A stretch of 64,000 nucleotides of DNA, from NCBI GenBank assembly GCA_964016885.1, contig OZ024743.1:46748001-46812000 (forward strand). The letters run 5' to 3'. Below the pieces are notes generated by a model. That model was not told the DNA's origin. It did not search any database and worked only from the letters and a program-made list of their open reading frames with translations. A program made the position numbers and the translations under genes. This document shows positions 43,701-57,886 of the stretch, in pieces. Position 1 is the first letter of the stretch; each line of letters begins with the position of its first letter. The stretch is from Eledone cirrhosa (taxonomy: Eukaryota).

Positions 43701-46700
43701 GTGGAGGTGCCACGGCAAAAAAGCACCCAGCCCACACTGTAAAGTGGACGTGTAGGCGCCACGAAAAAGCACCCAGCACTCACTGTAAATGAGGTTGGTG
43801 TTAGGAAGGGCATCCAGCTGTAGAAATCAAGCCAGATCAGTTCCTGTATGAGCAAGGCATGGTCAGCCGACCAGACACTGCCCACAACAGGACAACCCGT
43901 CTAACCCATGCTAGCGTGGAAGAACGGACGTAAAACGGTGATGATGATGATGATGATGATTATACTTATGCCTGCATTTCAAAGATTCTTGTCCTCTCAT
44001 CACAGAAAATAATTACACTTATGTTTCCATGTACAGAGGAATATTGTTATAACGTCATATATGTCACACAGAATATAGAAAATAGCTGAAAGGTCAGTCT
44101 AATTTGCATGACACAAGTCTGTTTTACAATGTAATTAAAGAATAAATATTTATGCTAGAACACAGTGTATATATTTGAAGGTTTAAGGTAAACTTAAGAG
44201 CTGTGAAAAGATTGAATTATGAAGTGTAGTGTTTAAAAGTGACAAAGCAAAATGTAAAATTACCTCAGAATCTCGATTTCGACATATTGTGCATACATAA
44301 TCTGTCTGGCATTCATTATCCTTAAAATGTATTGAAAAGGTGCTATCCACAGTTTCAACACATTCAGCATGAACATACCTAAGGAGAAAAAAGATCAATA
44401 AATTATGATTTAGATTAAATTGTAAAAGACTATCTTCTAAAAACCTACAGGTAGTATGATTCAAATTAATCTACTATTCAAATACAAAGAAATTGCTCTG
44501 GTTATATGAAATTAAACCATCCATTTTAAATGATTCTTATTTAAATTAAAATCTTACATAATTTTATATGAGAACTAAGTATTGAAATAATAATTTTAGT
44601 AAAGCCTTCAAAATTGTTTTTTTAATTAATTGAAAATACAGTCACAACAGGGCTAAAGGGAAGAAGCCAATTGTCAGATCAAACCAAGGAAACCAAGTTA
44701 CCATTGGTCATTTCATTGCTGATACTGTTAGAAGTAGCATCACTAATTTTCCAATAAGAGGCAGGATTTGAACTCAAAGCATACAAAGCCAATCTATGGA
44801 AATTAAATAGACAGATCTAACATGAGATGAAATTTTACAGCTTAAACGTATGCAGGTTAACTGGGCTCCTATGAAATAGTATCTCATATGATGTTTTTTA
44901 CGTTTTTAAGGATCAGAATCCTATCACAAAAATCAACATGAAATGAAGCTTAATACTCATGAATACATCGATCCAGGAATCAAACCTACAACCATATGGT
45001 CCTGAATTCAACTAACTAGGCCATGTGCCTTCACAGATTTAACAGTAATACCATGATTGACTATAAAGAAAAGTTGTCAAAATTGGTTGATTAGAATTTT
45101 GGAAGATATAACAAAATTATAACTCACTTCTGACATATTTTACACTGCAGCATTGTCTTTTGAGTAAAATGTCTATAAGCTTTGCCACAAAGAGGACAAG
45201 ATAATCCTTTATTACGCTGTTGATAACAACTGTCACAAACGGAATAATTTAGATGCCATCGAGAACTCGGTCCACTCCCAGGTGTTCGTGAACCACAATC
45301 CCCACAAACTCGACAATTCTGAAAAAAAAAAAAAGTTATTAAATTAGGGTTATATTTTTTATTTAGTTATTTAAACATAGAAAAAAGGAAGAAACTTAAC
45401 TAGTGATTGTGCCATAATAAAAAATACACCCAGTACACTTTGTAATGCAGAAGGGAATCCAGCTATAGAAACCATGCCAAAATATGAAATGTATGAACAA
45501 GATATGCTTCTCAGATCCAGTCTAATATTAGACCATAAAAACCTGTTCAACCCATGCCAGCAGGGAAAACACATGTAAAACGATGATGATTTCTGTGATA
45601 AAACAAGTGGTGCTTTTTAGGAAATTTTCCAATTTCTGTAGTTGTTTTTATAGCTGGGTAGTTTCCTACCAGAAACCACTCAACTGAAAAGTAGGAAAAT
45701 GACCTGTTCTAGTCAAACTGAGGCAAGAAAAACTGTCTCCCTAACAGTACATGTAAATGACTTTACAAAAACTGAACTATAATCCTAATACCAAAAATCT
45801 TTGTGTTCAAGTATAAAATTTAAATTTTTAAAGATAAAAATCCTATTAAATATTTTATTAAATTATCAAGTAAATTAACATAAAACAGGCAAGTCATATA
45901 TATATATATGCCAAAGGATGGTTGAAAAGACTTTCTTTAATGGTCACAACCTCTCTGGTGCTAATATTGAAGGTCACAACCCCTCTAGTGTTGATACAAT
46001 AAAAACCGCTCACAGCACACTCGGTAAAGTGGTTGGTGATAGGAAGGACATCCAACCGTAGAAAACAGGCCAAACAAAAGGTTGAGTAGACTCTTCAGTT
46101 CTATTAAAGAGGTGACACCATCTCTAGTGCTGGCGCTATGCTAAAATGCACACAGCACACTCTGCAGGGTGTGGGAACGTATGTAAACAAGATATGGGGT
46201 CTCAACCCGACTTTGAGGTACTGATTTCATATGTGACAACCCTTGCTAGGAGAGAAAACAGGCATTAAATGATGATTTTATATATATATTAATTTACTAG
46301 CAAAATTTTCTGAAATAATCTGCTACTTTTTGAAAACTTTTGGCTACATTTTATGAAACTATCTGGCAATCCTGGTACAAACTTTCAAATGGGTTACCAA
46401 ACCACAACAGTTTCATGATTCAGAGAGCATATAAGTCATACACATTGTCCTTCCTACTACTCTTCCCACTAAATAATGGTTTCTAATTTAGGCACAAAGC
46501 CAGCAATTTAGGAGAAGGGGAAAACGATTATATCAACCCCAGAATTTGACTGGTACTTTATCACCCTCAAAAATACAAAAAGCAAAATTAACTGCAGCAG
46601 GATTTGAACTCAGAGAGTAAAGAGCTGGATCAAATAATGCTAAGCATATTTTGTTTGACTCTCTAATGATTTTATCAATCCACTGCTGCAACTCTCACTA

Positions 46701-49700
46701 AATAATAAAAATCAAATTAATTTTTTTAGATTATGAAAGATACATGCCTTGCATTTCCATCCATTTTTCGGTGCTGTTGTCATCACAGGTTTTAAGCAAA
46801 ATGTGTGGTATCCTTTATCACAATTATCACAAAACAACATTTTACTTTCCTCACCAGATTGTCTAGAAAAATTACAAATCAGAAAATATACATTCAATAC
46901 AATTTTATCAACAAAACTTAAAATTTAACTATTATGTCTGCCTTTCATTGGGTATGCCCTATATAAATATATTAACTTCAAATTAAGACAAATGACATCA
47001 TTAACCATTTTGTTACTATATTTCCGCTATAGAAATTGAATGTAGAAATTACTAAATAAAATACTCTTTAGTATTTTAGTAAAAACATATTAGTATTTTC
47101 ACAATAGAAGAAAGTATTAAATATTACTAGAATGGCCTATTAATAAATAGCTCAATCACATTAGTAGTTACACAGTATAATCAGGGCATCAACCTCTGAT
47201 TTGATATCAGAGACCATGTCATGGTAAATTTGGGTATACGCCATCTATACTCATGTATGTCAGACCATTTTACATACAACATTTACAATCAGCAGCATTT
47301 AACAACTACTTTTCATGCTGGCATGGATTGGAATGGATCATCGCAGTCTGAGACATGATGGGTTGTTGAACCAGTCTCACTCATGCATTCCATTTTTGGC
47401 ATGGCTTCTATAGCTGGATGTCCTACCTAATGCCACTCAATTTAAAGACCATAGTGGGTGTTTTATTGTAGCATTAACACCAGAGAGGTTGTCATATTCT
47501 CAGCAGGCTTAAGAGGTCCTCTCATACTTACATTGTCTTAGTGCAGTTATTAGCACTTTACATTATATTGGGTGTATCTTATCAAGGCACCAACATTAAT
47601 GAGTTTGCCATGGAATTTGCAAGATTTAAGAGCACTTACTAATTCAAGGCAACATGCCACAGATAATGACAGAAGGACCAAGTGTGTGGATGAGGGAGCA
47701 AATCATGTTCTGAATTGAAGTTTTGTAGCTCCAGTGGATAAGTCACATACTGGTTTTCCAGATTATTGTTTTAAAGTGCGACATACACAAGTATGTACAG
47801 TAAATGAAATTAGAGGGACTCAACTTTTCTAATTATATATTGAAAAAATTTAAACTACAAGCCAATGAAACAAATTAGTTTGTTATTTTTTTTATTTTCG
47901 TTTCAGGCAACATTAAGGAAATATAAAAAAGGTTTCAAAATTCATTCACTTACCTGCAAGTAAGACATATTTTACATCTTGGACACTGCCATCCTGCCCT
48001 CACAGCAGGTTGAACTGCTACTGCTGGTTGTAAACAGTGGCCATGATAATGACCACCACAAGTAGTGCAAAATAACAAAGAACAATTGCCAGACCATTTG
48101 CCACATGAAGTACAGAGAGCCTGTTGACCAGCTAGAATAAATATAGAAAAAATATACATATGAGTTAATAAGGGAATAAAATTATAAAAATTTACAACTT
48201 AATTATCATTGCCATCGTTTTTATGTCCGTTTTTATGTCCAGTTTTCTATGCGTGAATGGGTTGGGCAAGATCCTTTTCAGGAAGATGTCCTCCACCACA
48301 CCAATTTATACCTTATTCTTAGTATGGTACACACGACTATCACTGGTCAAACTGCTATGCTGCAGAACATATTATTTATGGGGGACATAAAATGCCACCT
48401 CAGGCTTCATTAAATGTGTCCATATGACATTTTTGCCAACTGGTACACACACACAAGTGTCATACAGCTACCATCAATCAAATTCACTCAAAAGAGATGG
48501 GTTGGCTCAAGACTAGTTGAAAACACTTTCCCCTGGTATCACACAGAGAGATAGAACCAAGACCAAGTGGTTGCCAAGCAAACTTCTTAACCAGACAACC
48601 TTATCTGCATTAATAAAACTTTACAATATCAAGTATTTAAATTTGAATTAATCAAGAAACTTGAAAAAACTTATGAAATACTTACCAATGGTCTCTGCTT
48701 GGTCAGTATGTTCTGGGCAGAGCAAAGACGGGCCTTTAATATCCTAAAATATTATAAATACATGCAAAAGCTTTTATTGTGATCAGATCATAATAAAAAA
48801 AAATAAAAAATTCAGATATTTAAGTGCATAAAAAATACAAAGTTAGCATTACATGAGTGTTGAACTCCCAGTGGAACCACAAAGTTGCATTTGTAACATA
48901 CGGTGTGTCTTGAGTAGAGCCTATTCCTCTCCAGGTCTTAAAATAGCCAATTTCTTTCAAAGAAAGAGAGAGAGATATAGAGAAAGAATTCACCACAGTA
49001 CTTTATTTATCGACCTCGAAAAGGTAAAAGGCAAAGTTGACCTCAGTGGAATTTGAACTCAGAGCAGAAACCCTTGTTGGTATTATTTACCAGAGCATGC
49101 AGAGCCAGATCAGATACCACAGAGCATCCCATCTGGCTCTTTAACAATTTCACCAATCCACTGCCCCTGGACTGGTACTTTCTTTAACAAGGAGAAAAGG
49201 TAAAGTTAATCTCAGCAGGATTTGAACTTAGTATGCAGTGAACCAAAAAAATAACAAGGCATTTAATGTGATGTCTAAATGATTCTGCCAACTGGCCTGT
49301 AACAACAGGAGAAATATTTTATATTTCTTGTGTATAGTTTATAAAATGAATTCAAAATTAATGTCTAAGAAATGTAAAAAATATTTAATTGATTTTTTTT
49401 TCTATATTTTATATATGTATTTGCTTAAATCAAAATATTCAGATAATAACAATTGACTTACTTGAAAACATCCACTGCTAGCTGCACATGGATAATGGTA
49501 TTTTTTTGTACAACGGGGAATTCTGCAAGTTATTGTTGCCCCATATCGATGGCAATAACTGCATTTCTGAAAAAAAAATGTTTTTCTTATTAAATCAACA
49601 ATTACTAATTTCAACATCTAGCTTTCTCACTTCACTCCAACAAACCAAAGAAACTCTGAAGCTTCAAGTGTTGCCATTCTTTAAAAGTCTAAATGAGTAA

Positions 49701-52700
49701 TACTAAGCGGTAGTACTAAACGTCTGAGCTAAGTTTCCAATTTTATATACTTTTACAAAAACATATTATGCATATGCCATTGAATATCCATTCTAAGTAT
49801 AACCATTTCTACCTTTCCATTGTTATTCTCATTGTATAATAAACTGGGGTTGTAGTAGGTCCATAGGAAAATATATAGTCATCTAGTAAATTTTTCACCT
49901 AAGCACCATATTAACATAAGTGAGCTTTTCAAGTCTCAATAATTATATAGTCCCAAACCGGATTAAGTCTGCAGCAGAAGTTTTTGTGAACTGTTAATTT
50001 GTGATCACCCTTGGAGTAGCCTAAATTAGTATTTACACAATGTAGACTATTCTTTCCTAACTTTGGATTCCTCACCAATTCCTTCCTTAGCTAAAATTCT
50101 TTTCTGGGATTTGAAATTCCTCTCCTAGGAGCCAAGTGCCTCCAGTTTGAAAATCATATTAAATGGTTTACATACAACTTCTCACAATTCAGTTGAATCT
50201 TATTTATGTCTAATACTATTATAATAATCTTTGTTCCTTGAAACAGGCTGATTATATAATACTTCCACTCAATGTGTCCATTTCACCTCCCTCATGTCAC
50301 CCTTTTAATAACTGTTAATCCGTACCATCTTTTCATGTCTAACTACTTTCCTGTTCATATTTTCCTGCCAATCCTTAGCCTGCAACAACACAACTTCCCT
50401 ATATTCAATATTACTGCACAATGAAAATGTTAATAGCTTTAAAAACAAATGATGAGATCAAAATTTAACTTACCTGTGTTAACCCAGCAAAAACAGCTCT
50501 ATCAACAAACTGCAAGCTATCATCATCTCTCACCGTAACACCCTCAGACCAACATGCACAAGACTGATGACCCCATACATGTCCTAAAATAAATTTTAAG
50601 AAGTTATTTTATCAAAATACAGCTGATGAATGATAAAAATGTAGTAAAAGCAGATTTTCATATTGTTTTGAATTAATACTTTCACTAATGAAATATACTG
50701 CTTTTGAACCCTTTTGATACCAAACCAATGGAAACAGATCTTGGTTCTGTGATACAAAACTGTTTATATTTACTAAAAAAAACCTACCCTAATCTTATGT
50801 AAGAACCTATGTTAAGTTATGCTCCAAACACCATATAAAGAATGAGAAAGTAGTTATATTACTATATGCCTCCAAATTCTTGATTATTTTCAAAATTATT
50901 TGAAAATCACAGGCTATATCTTTCATTATAAATATAGTAACAAACGGGTTAAAATTATAAAAAATTTAGTATCATAACTAACTTTCTCATTTAAGTTGAT
51001 ATTTAGAAAGATCAACTTAAAAATGGTTCTTACATAAAGTTATAGCGGAAAATTTAAATATGAACACTCTAAAATAAACAGTTTTTCATAATAGAAACAT
51101 GCAGTTCCAGGCAGGTTGGTAACAAAAGAGTAAATAATTGAAAATATCAATATGAATGAGAGAGAAACACTTTAACATATTTGAATCATAACATACTATC
51201 CATACTAGCCTAGAAAAAAATGGGATTATAAAAAGTGAAAAACTAAAAATATAATCATCTCTCATCTTTAATGCCTGATCACTTTCTAATTCATTTGTGC
51301 TCAACTACAGCTGAACATTTATTATAAAGATCATACGAAACATATTTGTCTCCAATCACTGCTGGTCCTGCTACTTGTGGAGGATATATATCCAGCATCA
51401 TCATCGTCATTTTATGATTGCTTTCTCTGCTGGCATGAGTTGGACAAGTTGTCATGGTTCAAGACTAGATTCACAAAAGAAATCATGTCTTGGGTGTAAT
51501 ATATTGTGTCACTAAGACCAACACTTTAAGAGTGTACTGGGTGCATTTTATCACGGCACCCGCATGACACTTTACAGGGTGTACTTTGCATGGCACCATC
51601 ACTAGAAAGCTTTTGATAACAATAGTTAACGTGTTTTTTATCAATAGCCTAAACAAACATTATAATTTTGTCATTGACTAGACTACATCAATTGTGCTAT
51701 CACTTAATTTCACTCTAAATTATACTTCTTTTTTAATTATCCTTCCAATTACATAACACCGTGAAACATATTTTTTGTTCCCCGGTTCTAAGTGTCATTT
51801 ACTGGTTTGTTATATCCCATTATTATAAAAAAAACACTATTATTTAATCAGAAGTTTGGGTTTGTAGTCAGGAGTTTGATATTTCGAAATTTTCATATTT
51901 TTCAAGAAAAAACACATTTTTTTAAAATTTATCAGTTCATATAATTAAATCAACAGAGTATATATTTATTTTATTACACAAGCTTATCAAAGGCAAACAA
52001 GTAAAAACAAATAACACTTATGAAGCAATTCATACACATCAGAAATGACTGGATTTCCTGGATTTACTATTGTAGTCCAGGTCGCATTCCCACACTAGCC
52101 CCCAGATATAGTCCCCCATCATTTTTTCATTGTAGTGGCCCTGGTACCTCCGCTCTATCTCTTTCACATCTTGGTGGAATCGTTTGCCTTGTTCTTCTGA
52201 GTAGGTGCCCATATTGTCCTTGAATTTATCCAGGTGAGCGTCCAGCATATGGAGTTTAAGCGATATCCTGCATCCCATGGCGCCAAAAGCCTTTATCAGA
52301 TCCTGCACCTGTTGCTGGTAGTTTTCAGCTCTGTAGTTGCCCAGGAAGCCCTTAACAAATGCCTTGAAACAGTTCCATGCTGTTCTCTCAATCCTATTGA
52401 GCTTATTGGAGCACTCAGTAGACTCAAACACCTTCTTTATCTGAGGTCCAACAAAAATTCCACCTTTGATTTTGGCCTCAGATAACTTGGGGAAGAACTC
52501 AAGAAGGTACTTAAAAGCAGCTGATTCTTGGTTGAGAGCCTTCACAAACTGCTTCAACAACCCCAACTTAATGTGCAGTGGCGGCATGAGCACAATCCTG
52601 GGATCAACCAGTGGCTCCCACATGATGTTCTGGGTCCCAACTACAAATTCTGTTCGCTGCTCCCAGTTCTTTCTTTTGTAGTGGTCAGAGGTGGCTCTGC

Positions 52701-55700
52701 TGTCCCAAGAGCAGAGGAAGCATTGGAATTTGATAAAGCCTCCTTGGAGTCCAAGCAGGAAAGCCACCATATTGAAGTCTCCAATGATTTCCCAATTGTA
52801 CTGGTTGTATTGCAGAGCTTCCAAGAGGACTTTCACACTGTAGTAATCTTCCTTCAGGCAGACTGAATGAGCTAGGGGCAGTGTCGGGAACTTGTTTCCA
52901 TTGTGGAGGAGGACAGCCTTCAAACTTGTGGTGGAGCTGTCTATAAATAGCCGCCACACCTTGGGCACAAACAGCACCCCAATAACGTCAAACAGTCCAG
53001 GCACATCATAGCAGAAGCAGAGGCCATCCCTAAGAGTGTAAAAGCTTGAGAAAGGTTTGTGTCGACTTCTCTGACTTGTCACCTGCACTTCCTTCTTGAC
53101 CAAGTTCCACTGCTTCATCCTGGAGACGAATAGCTCTGCATTGGACTTGGTCAGACCCATATCTCTGCCAAAGCCATTGACTTCTTTTTGGTTTGGGAAG
53201 TGAGGAACTTTTTCAATAAATCTCTTTAATCCACCTTTTAACAATTTTATACTTTATTACACTTTTATAATTTTCTTTAGGTATTACTCTTTATTTTATA
53301 ATTTTAATTTAACCTGAAACATATATTAAAAAAATCATTTAACATAAGCAAATTAAACTTACATACAAATAATTCTAGTGAATAGCTTAGAATTTTTACA
53401 AACCAAAACTTTTAACTGTTTAATAGCACTTTTTTTATTTATTTGGGACCTAAGCAACACAAAAAAAGTGATTACAAGCCAGGAACAGAGAAAAAAAAAT
53501 TTTTTGTTACATGGTGTAATTAGTAAGTCAGAGTTTTAGACCCATTTTTCAATAGTTTGCAAAGGTGAAATGAAGCCCAGAGCCTACCCTAGTTACATAG
53601 GCATTAAGCAACTGAGACAAAACTCTTCCCAAGCAGAAAGGAAACAGAACACAAAATACCAAACATTTCTGTTGATGACCAAGATAATGAACTTACCTGT
53701 TATTTCATAAACCTGGTGCACATCTACATCTTCTGAATGACCAACTAAACTCAGTTCATCAACAATTGCCATGGGTCGTCCATCTTCATCATGAATACTA
53801 TGAGGATTTGGACGGCGTGGCGACTTACTTCGTTCCCTACAATAACAAAATTCCATTAATGGTAGGTATTAGAGTTGGGTAGATATTAGTTATTAAAATT
53901 TCCATTAAATTAAAAACTTTACAAAAATCAATGTAAAGACTTTATAAATATTTGTATTATATATAAAACAATGATTAAGCATAAATACAAAAACAACTAC
54001 ATATACTCATCTTCATTAAGGATAATTTTTTCCAGAACTAACTTAAAATTATAATTACATCAAGAAGCTGAGTAACTAAGAAAAAATAGAGAGGAGCCGT
54101 TCATCAGACTGGATGAAAGAAATTATATTTCTATTGGTTTTTTTTTTAGGCTAATATCATCTACTGGTTGCAACTCCTGGCAGAAGTGTCACCTCTTTTC
54201 TAATGACAGAAAGCAGGATTTGAACTCAAGACTCAGAGCCAGGCAGAGTGCTTCGCAGTAACTTTAAAAACAAATACATTACCTAGCAGGTCTAGATGGG
54301 CCTCGAGGTCTTCTCCATGTTAAGTGCTTTGGATTTCTGTCATTTCCTTTTTCATCAATTTCTGAAGATGTTCTCCTTGCTCGCTGAAGTATCCGTTTGA
54401 AAGGATTAAATCCAGGAGTTGGGTCATATTTTGACAATACTCCTTGACCAAGTAAACTATTTTCACCACAGTTGCAAAAGGAGCATGTACGACTATTGCT
54501 GTGAAAAAAAAAAGAAAAATTGAAGAAAATTAATTTAACTCTTAATGTCCTGTACCACATGTAACTGCAATTAGCAAGATATTATTGAAAGGTGTCATAC
54601 AAAACAACACAATGATTGCATCACATTAAAAATTAAAGTCTTTTTGTGATCAGTCTTCTAGTAAAGATACTATAAATATTTGAATCAACAGTTAAGAGTT
54701 TATCTAAAAAATCAAATATATGTAAGTTTCACTTTATTAAACACACCCTCCCACTCGCACACACACACAAAATTCAAGTGATATTACAGTATGAATACTA
54801 ATAATCTATTCAAAGTAGAAATATTTCATTCTTTTATTGACTTTATTCATTAGACTGTGGCAATGCTCAGGCATTGCCATGAAGGAAATTATTCAATCAT
54901 AATGACTCTAGTATTTATATTTTCAATCCTGGTACTTATATCATTGATCTATGTTTGTGAACCTGCTAAGTTCGTGGACATAAACAAACAGTAAATGCAA
55001 ACACACACATATATCATATGTAGGAGGACCCTTCCGTTGTGTCAAGGACATGACAACCTCCCTAGTGTTGGTGATCTACATGATCAGTGCACGCTGTAAA
55101 GTGGTTGGTGATAGGAAAAGCATCCAGCCATAGCAAGCTTACCAAACAAAGCATTGGGAGGACCAACCAATTGTGTGAAAGACATGACAACCTTTAGTGT
55201 TAATGCCATAACATATATTTGGTAGAACATGGAACCATCTGTAAGCCAGACACGAACCCGATATCAACACTGACTCAGTCTCGGAAGACACATCCAACCC
55301 TTGTCAGCAGGGAAAATGGACGTTTAATGATGATGATGATATAAAGTATGGAAAAATTAACATCCTCATTATCAAGCGTAAAACAATAATTCTAACAGTT
55401 GAACATACTTCTTTCAATTTAATAACATTCAAGATGTGTATATTACCTTAAAATTCCACTTGAATTTGAATCTTCAGAAAGTTGCCTTTCAGAGGACTGA
55501 ATAATACTGTTATCAATTGCCTCAACACATGGATTTTCTAGAAAAATATGAAAAAAAAATTATTTTAACGGATAAACACAATATGCTGTTAACTAAAAAA
55601 TTTTTTAAACATTTAAAAGATTAGAACTTACAATTCACTCCATTTTGATACAAAAACACCAGTTGGAATATAAAAGTTAGTTAAACAGTTCACCAAGTTG

Positions 55701-57855
55701 TGATATAGCAAAAGGTATCCTCATACACACTCATAATAGGAAGGTGCATTATAGGGGCATTATGCTTCGATATAGCAGATTTTCAAAATACTAAGAGGCA
55801 GGGGTGAGAACAGGTAAATGGTTTGCAAGGAAGAAAAAGAACATGTATCTAAGCAGGTAGTGGATTCAGTATGCACATTTCAAACTTAACAAGAGATAAC
55901 TCAATGTAAGGGATGGGGTCATTTTCCAAGTTTTAGTCTTCAATTTATAATTCTACTCATGTATAACACTTTCTAACAATATTAAATTGCCCCAATACTT
56001 GTTAAAAAGAAGGTTAATGTCTATCCCAAACTCAAGACTCATTAGACCAGAGCATATCCTGGTTTCAGTGGCATTAAGTAACTGAGACTTTAGCCCCAGT
56101 TGCTGCTGGTACTCTATGAAAGCACTCATTTTAAAGGGTTCCTATTTAAATCAAAATCTTCCAAAATTATTTGACATAAAGAACTTTTTAAGTTATTAGA
56201 AATAACTTCTTAATAATGAAATAATAATTTTAGTAAATCCTTACAAATTCTTCATTAATTAATTCAAATACAGTGCATTTATTTCATTAGAAATGTGGCA
56301 ATGAAAGGATTAAAACAGGAGAAAGGCAAATTAGTTAAATTTAAATTAATATGGATTAAAGAAACATATTTTCAATCAAGATATGCCATATATATATGAG
56401 AAACTAAAAATCAAAAAAATGTAAATGCTATTTTCCAACACAATTAAGATTATTAATAAATGTTACCTCCAGATGGTGTTTCTGATAATTCTGTCTCAGT
56501 TGATTCATCAGCAAGGATATCATCAAGAATTGGACTTCGAATAGCTTCAGTTGTTGTAGGAGTGGTAGTAGATAAAGTTGTAGACTCTTGAAGTTTAAAC
56601 ACAGATGCATCAACACTTTCAGTAGGTATATCCATTGCAATATCGGGACTGAAACTCTCAACAGGATTATATTTTGGTTTACGACCACAACTTTTTATCC
56701 GACTGAAGAAAAAATTAAAAGCAATGAAAATTATTTATGTATTTTCTTATATTTTATAAATATATATTTATACATGAAAATTTAATTAGAATTTAAAAAG
56801 AACTAATCTTTTCCTAAAGCGTATCATTTTATAAAATACAATTTAAAGAATTAAGTTAACTCTTAATAAATCTTCTAAACCAAATTGTGTATTATATATT
56901 GGAATCTTACACTATATTAGTTTAACCATTTTGATACCATACCACCTGAAATTGCTCTTGGTTTTACTACAGAAAACTGATTGTCTTAACACTTTAGCAT
57001 TTAAGCCGGCTGTATCTGACCAGAATTCTCTCACCTCTTTCTATTCAAACTGGCCGTAACTGGCCATTCATACTGATGTTAAGGTATTGTTCTCAAAATA
57101 AATAATATCAATATCTTATAGATTCGATATTATGTAAGATAATTATGTGAGTTAAAGCCTTTACTGTGAAAATATAATAGTATATATAGAGTAATGTAAA
57201 TGCTAAAGGGTTAAATTATTTATATAAAAAGCTTCCATGATGATTTATGTAAGGAACGACATTATGTTCCAAACAACTTCATAATGAGAAAGTTAGTTAT
57301 GTAATTAAATCCTGCCAAACTCTTGATTAATTTCAAAATTATTTCATATAATCATGTAAACTGTGGTAGAAACTGTATCCAAAATCAGAAAATAAAACAT
57401 CATATCAGACTTAATAGTCTACACAATAATATTCATTGCACAATATAATTTTTATTGGTGAAATTACCAAAATTAGCATGGAATCGTTTTGAGAATGTTG
57501 TTTATACTCTCTCGCTGTTTTAACATGTGGAGGCTCATGGCTTAGTGGTTAGAGCATTGGCCTTGCAATCGAAAGGTTGTGAGTTCAATTCTCAGACCGG
57601 GTGATGTGTTGTTTCCTTGAGAAAGACACTTTATTTCACATTGCTCCAGTTTCCTCAGCTGTAGAAATGAGATGATAGGGACTAGGGTCCCTATCATTCC
57701 ACTGCAAAGTGGTCATGGAGGTGCCACGGCAAAAAAGCACCCAGCACTCACTGTAAATGAGGTTGGTGTTAGGAAGGGCATCCAGCTGTAGAAATCAAGC
57801 CAGAATCAGTTCCCGTCCCACCCTTGCAAGCAGGGAAAAGCGGACTTAAAATGAA

Positions 57856-57886
<31 letters not shown>

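Noticed and set aside
43961-43980. Target-site duplication for the 40288-43960 RTE
   Set aside because: No convincing matching sequence found upstream of the 5'UTR.
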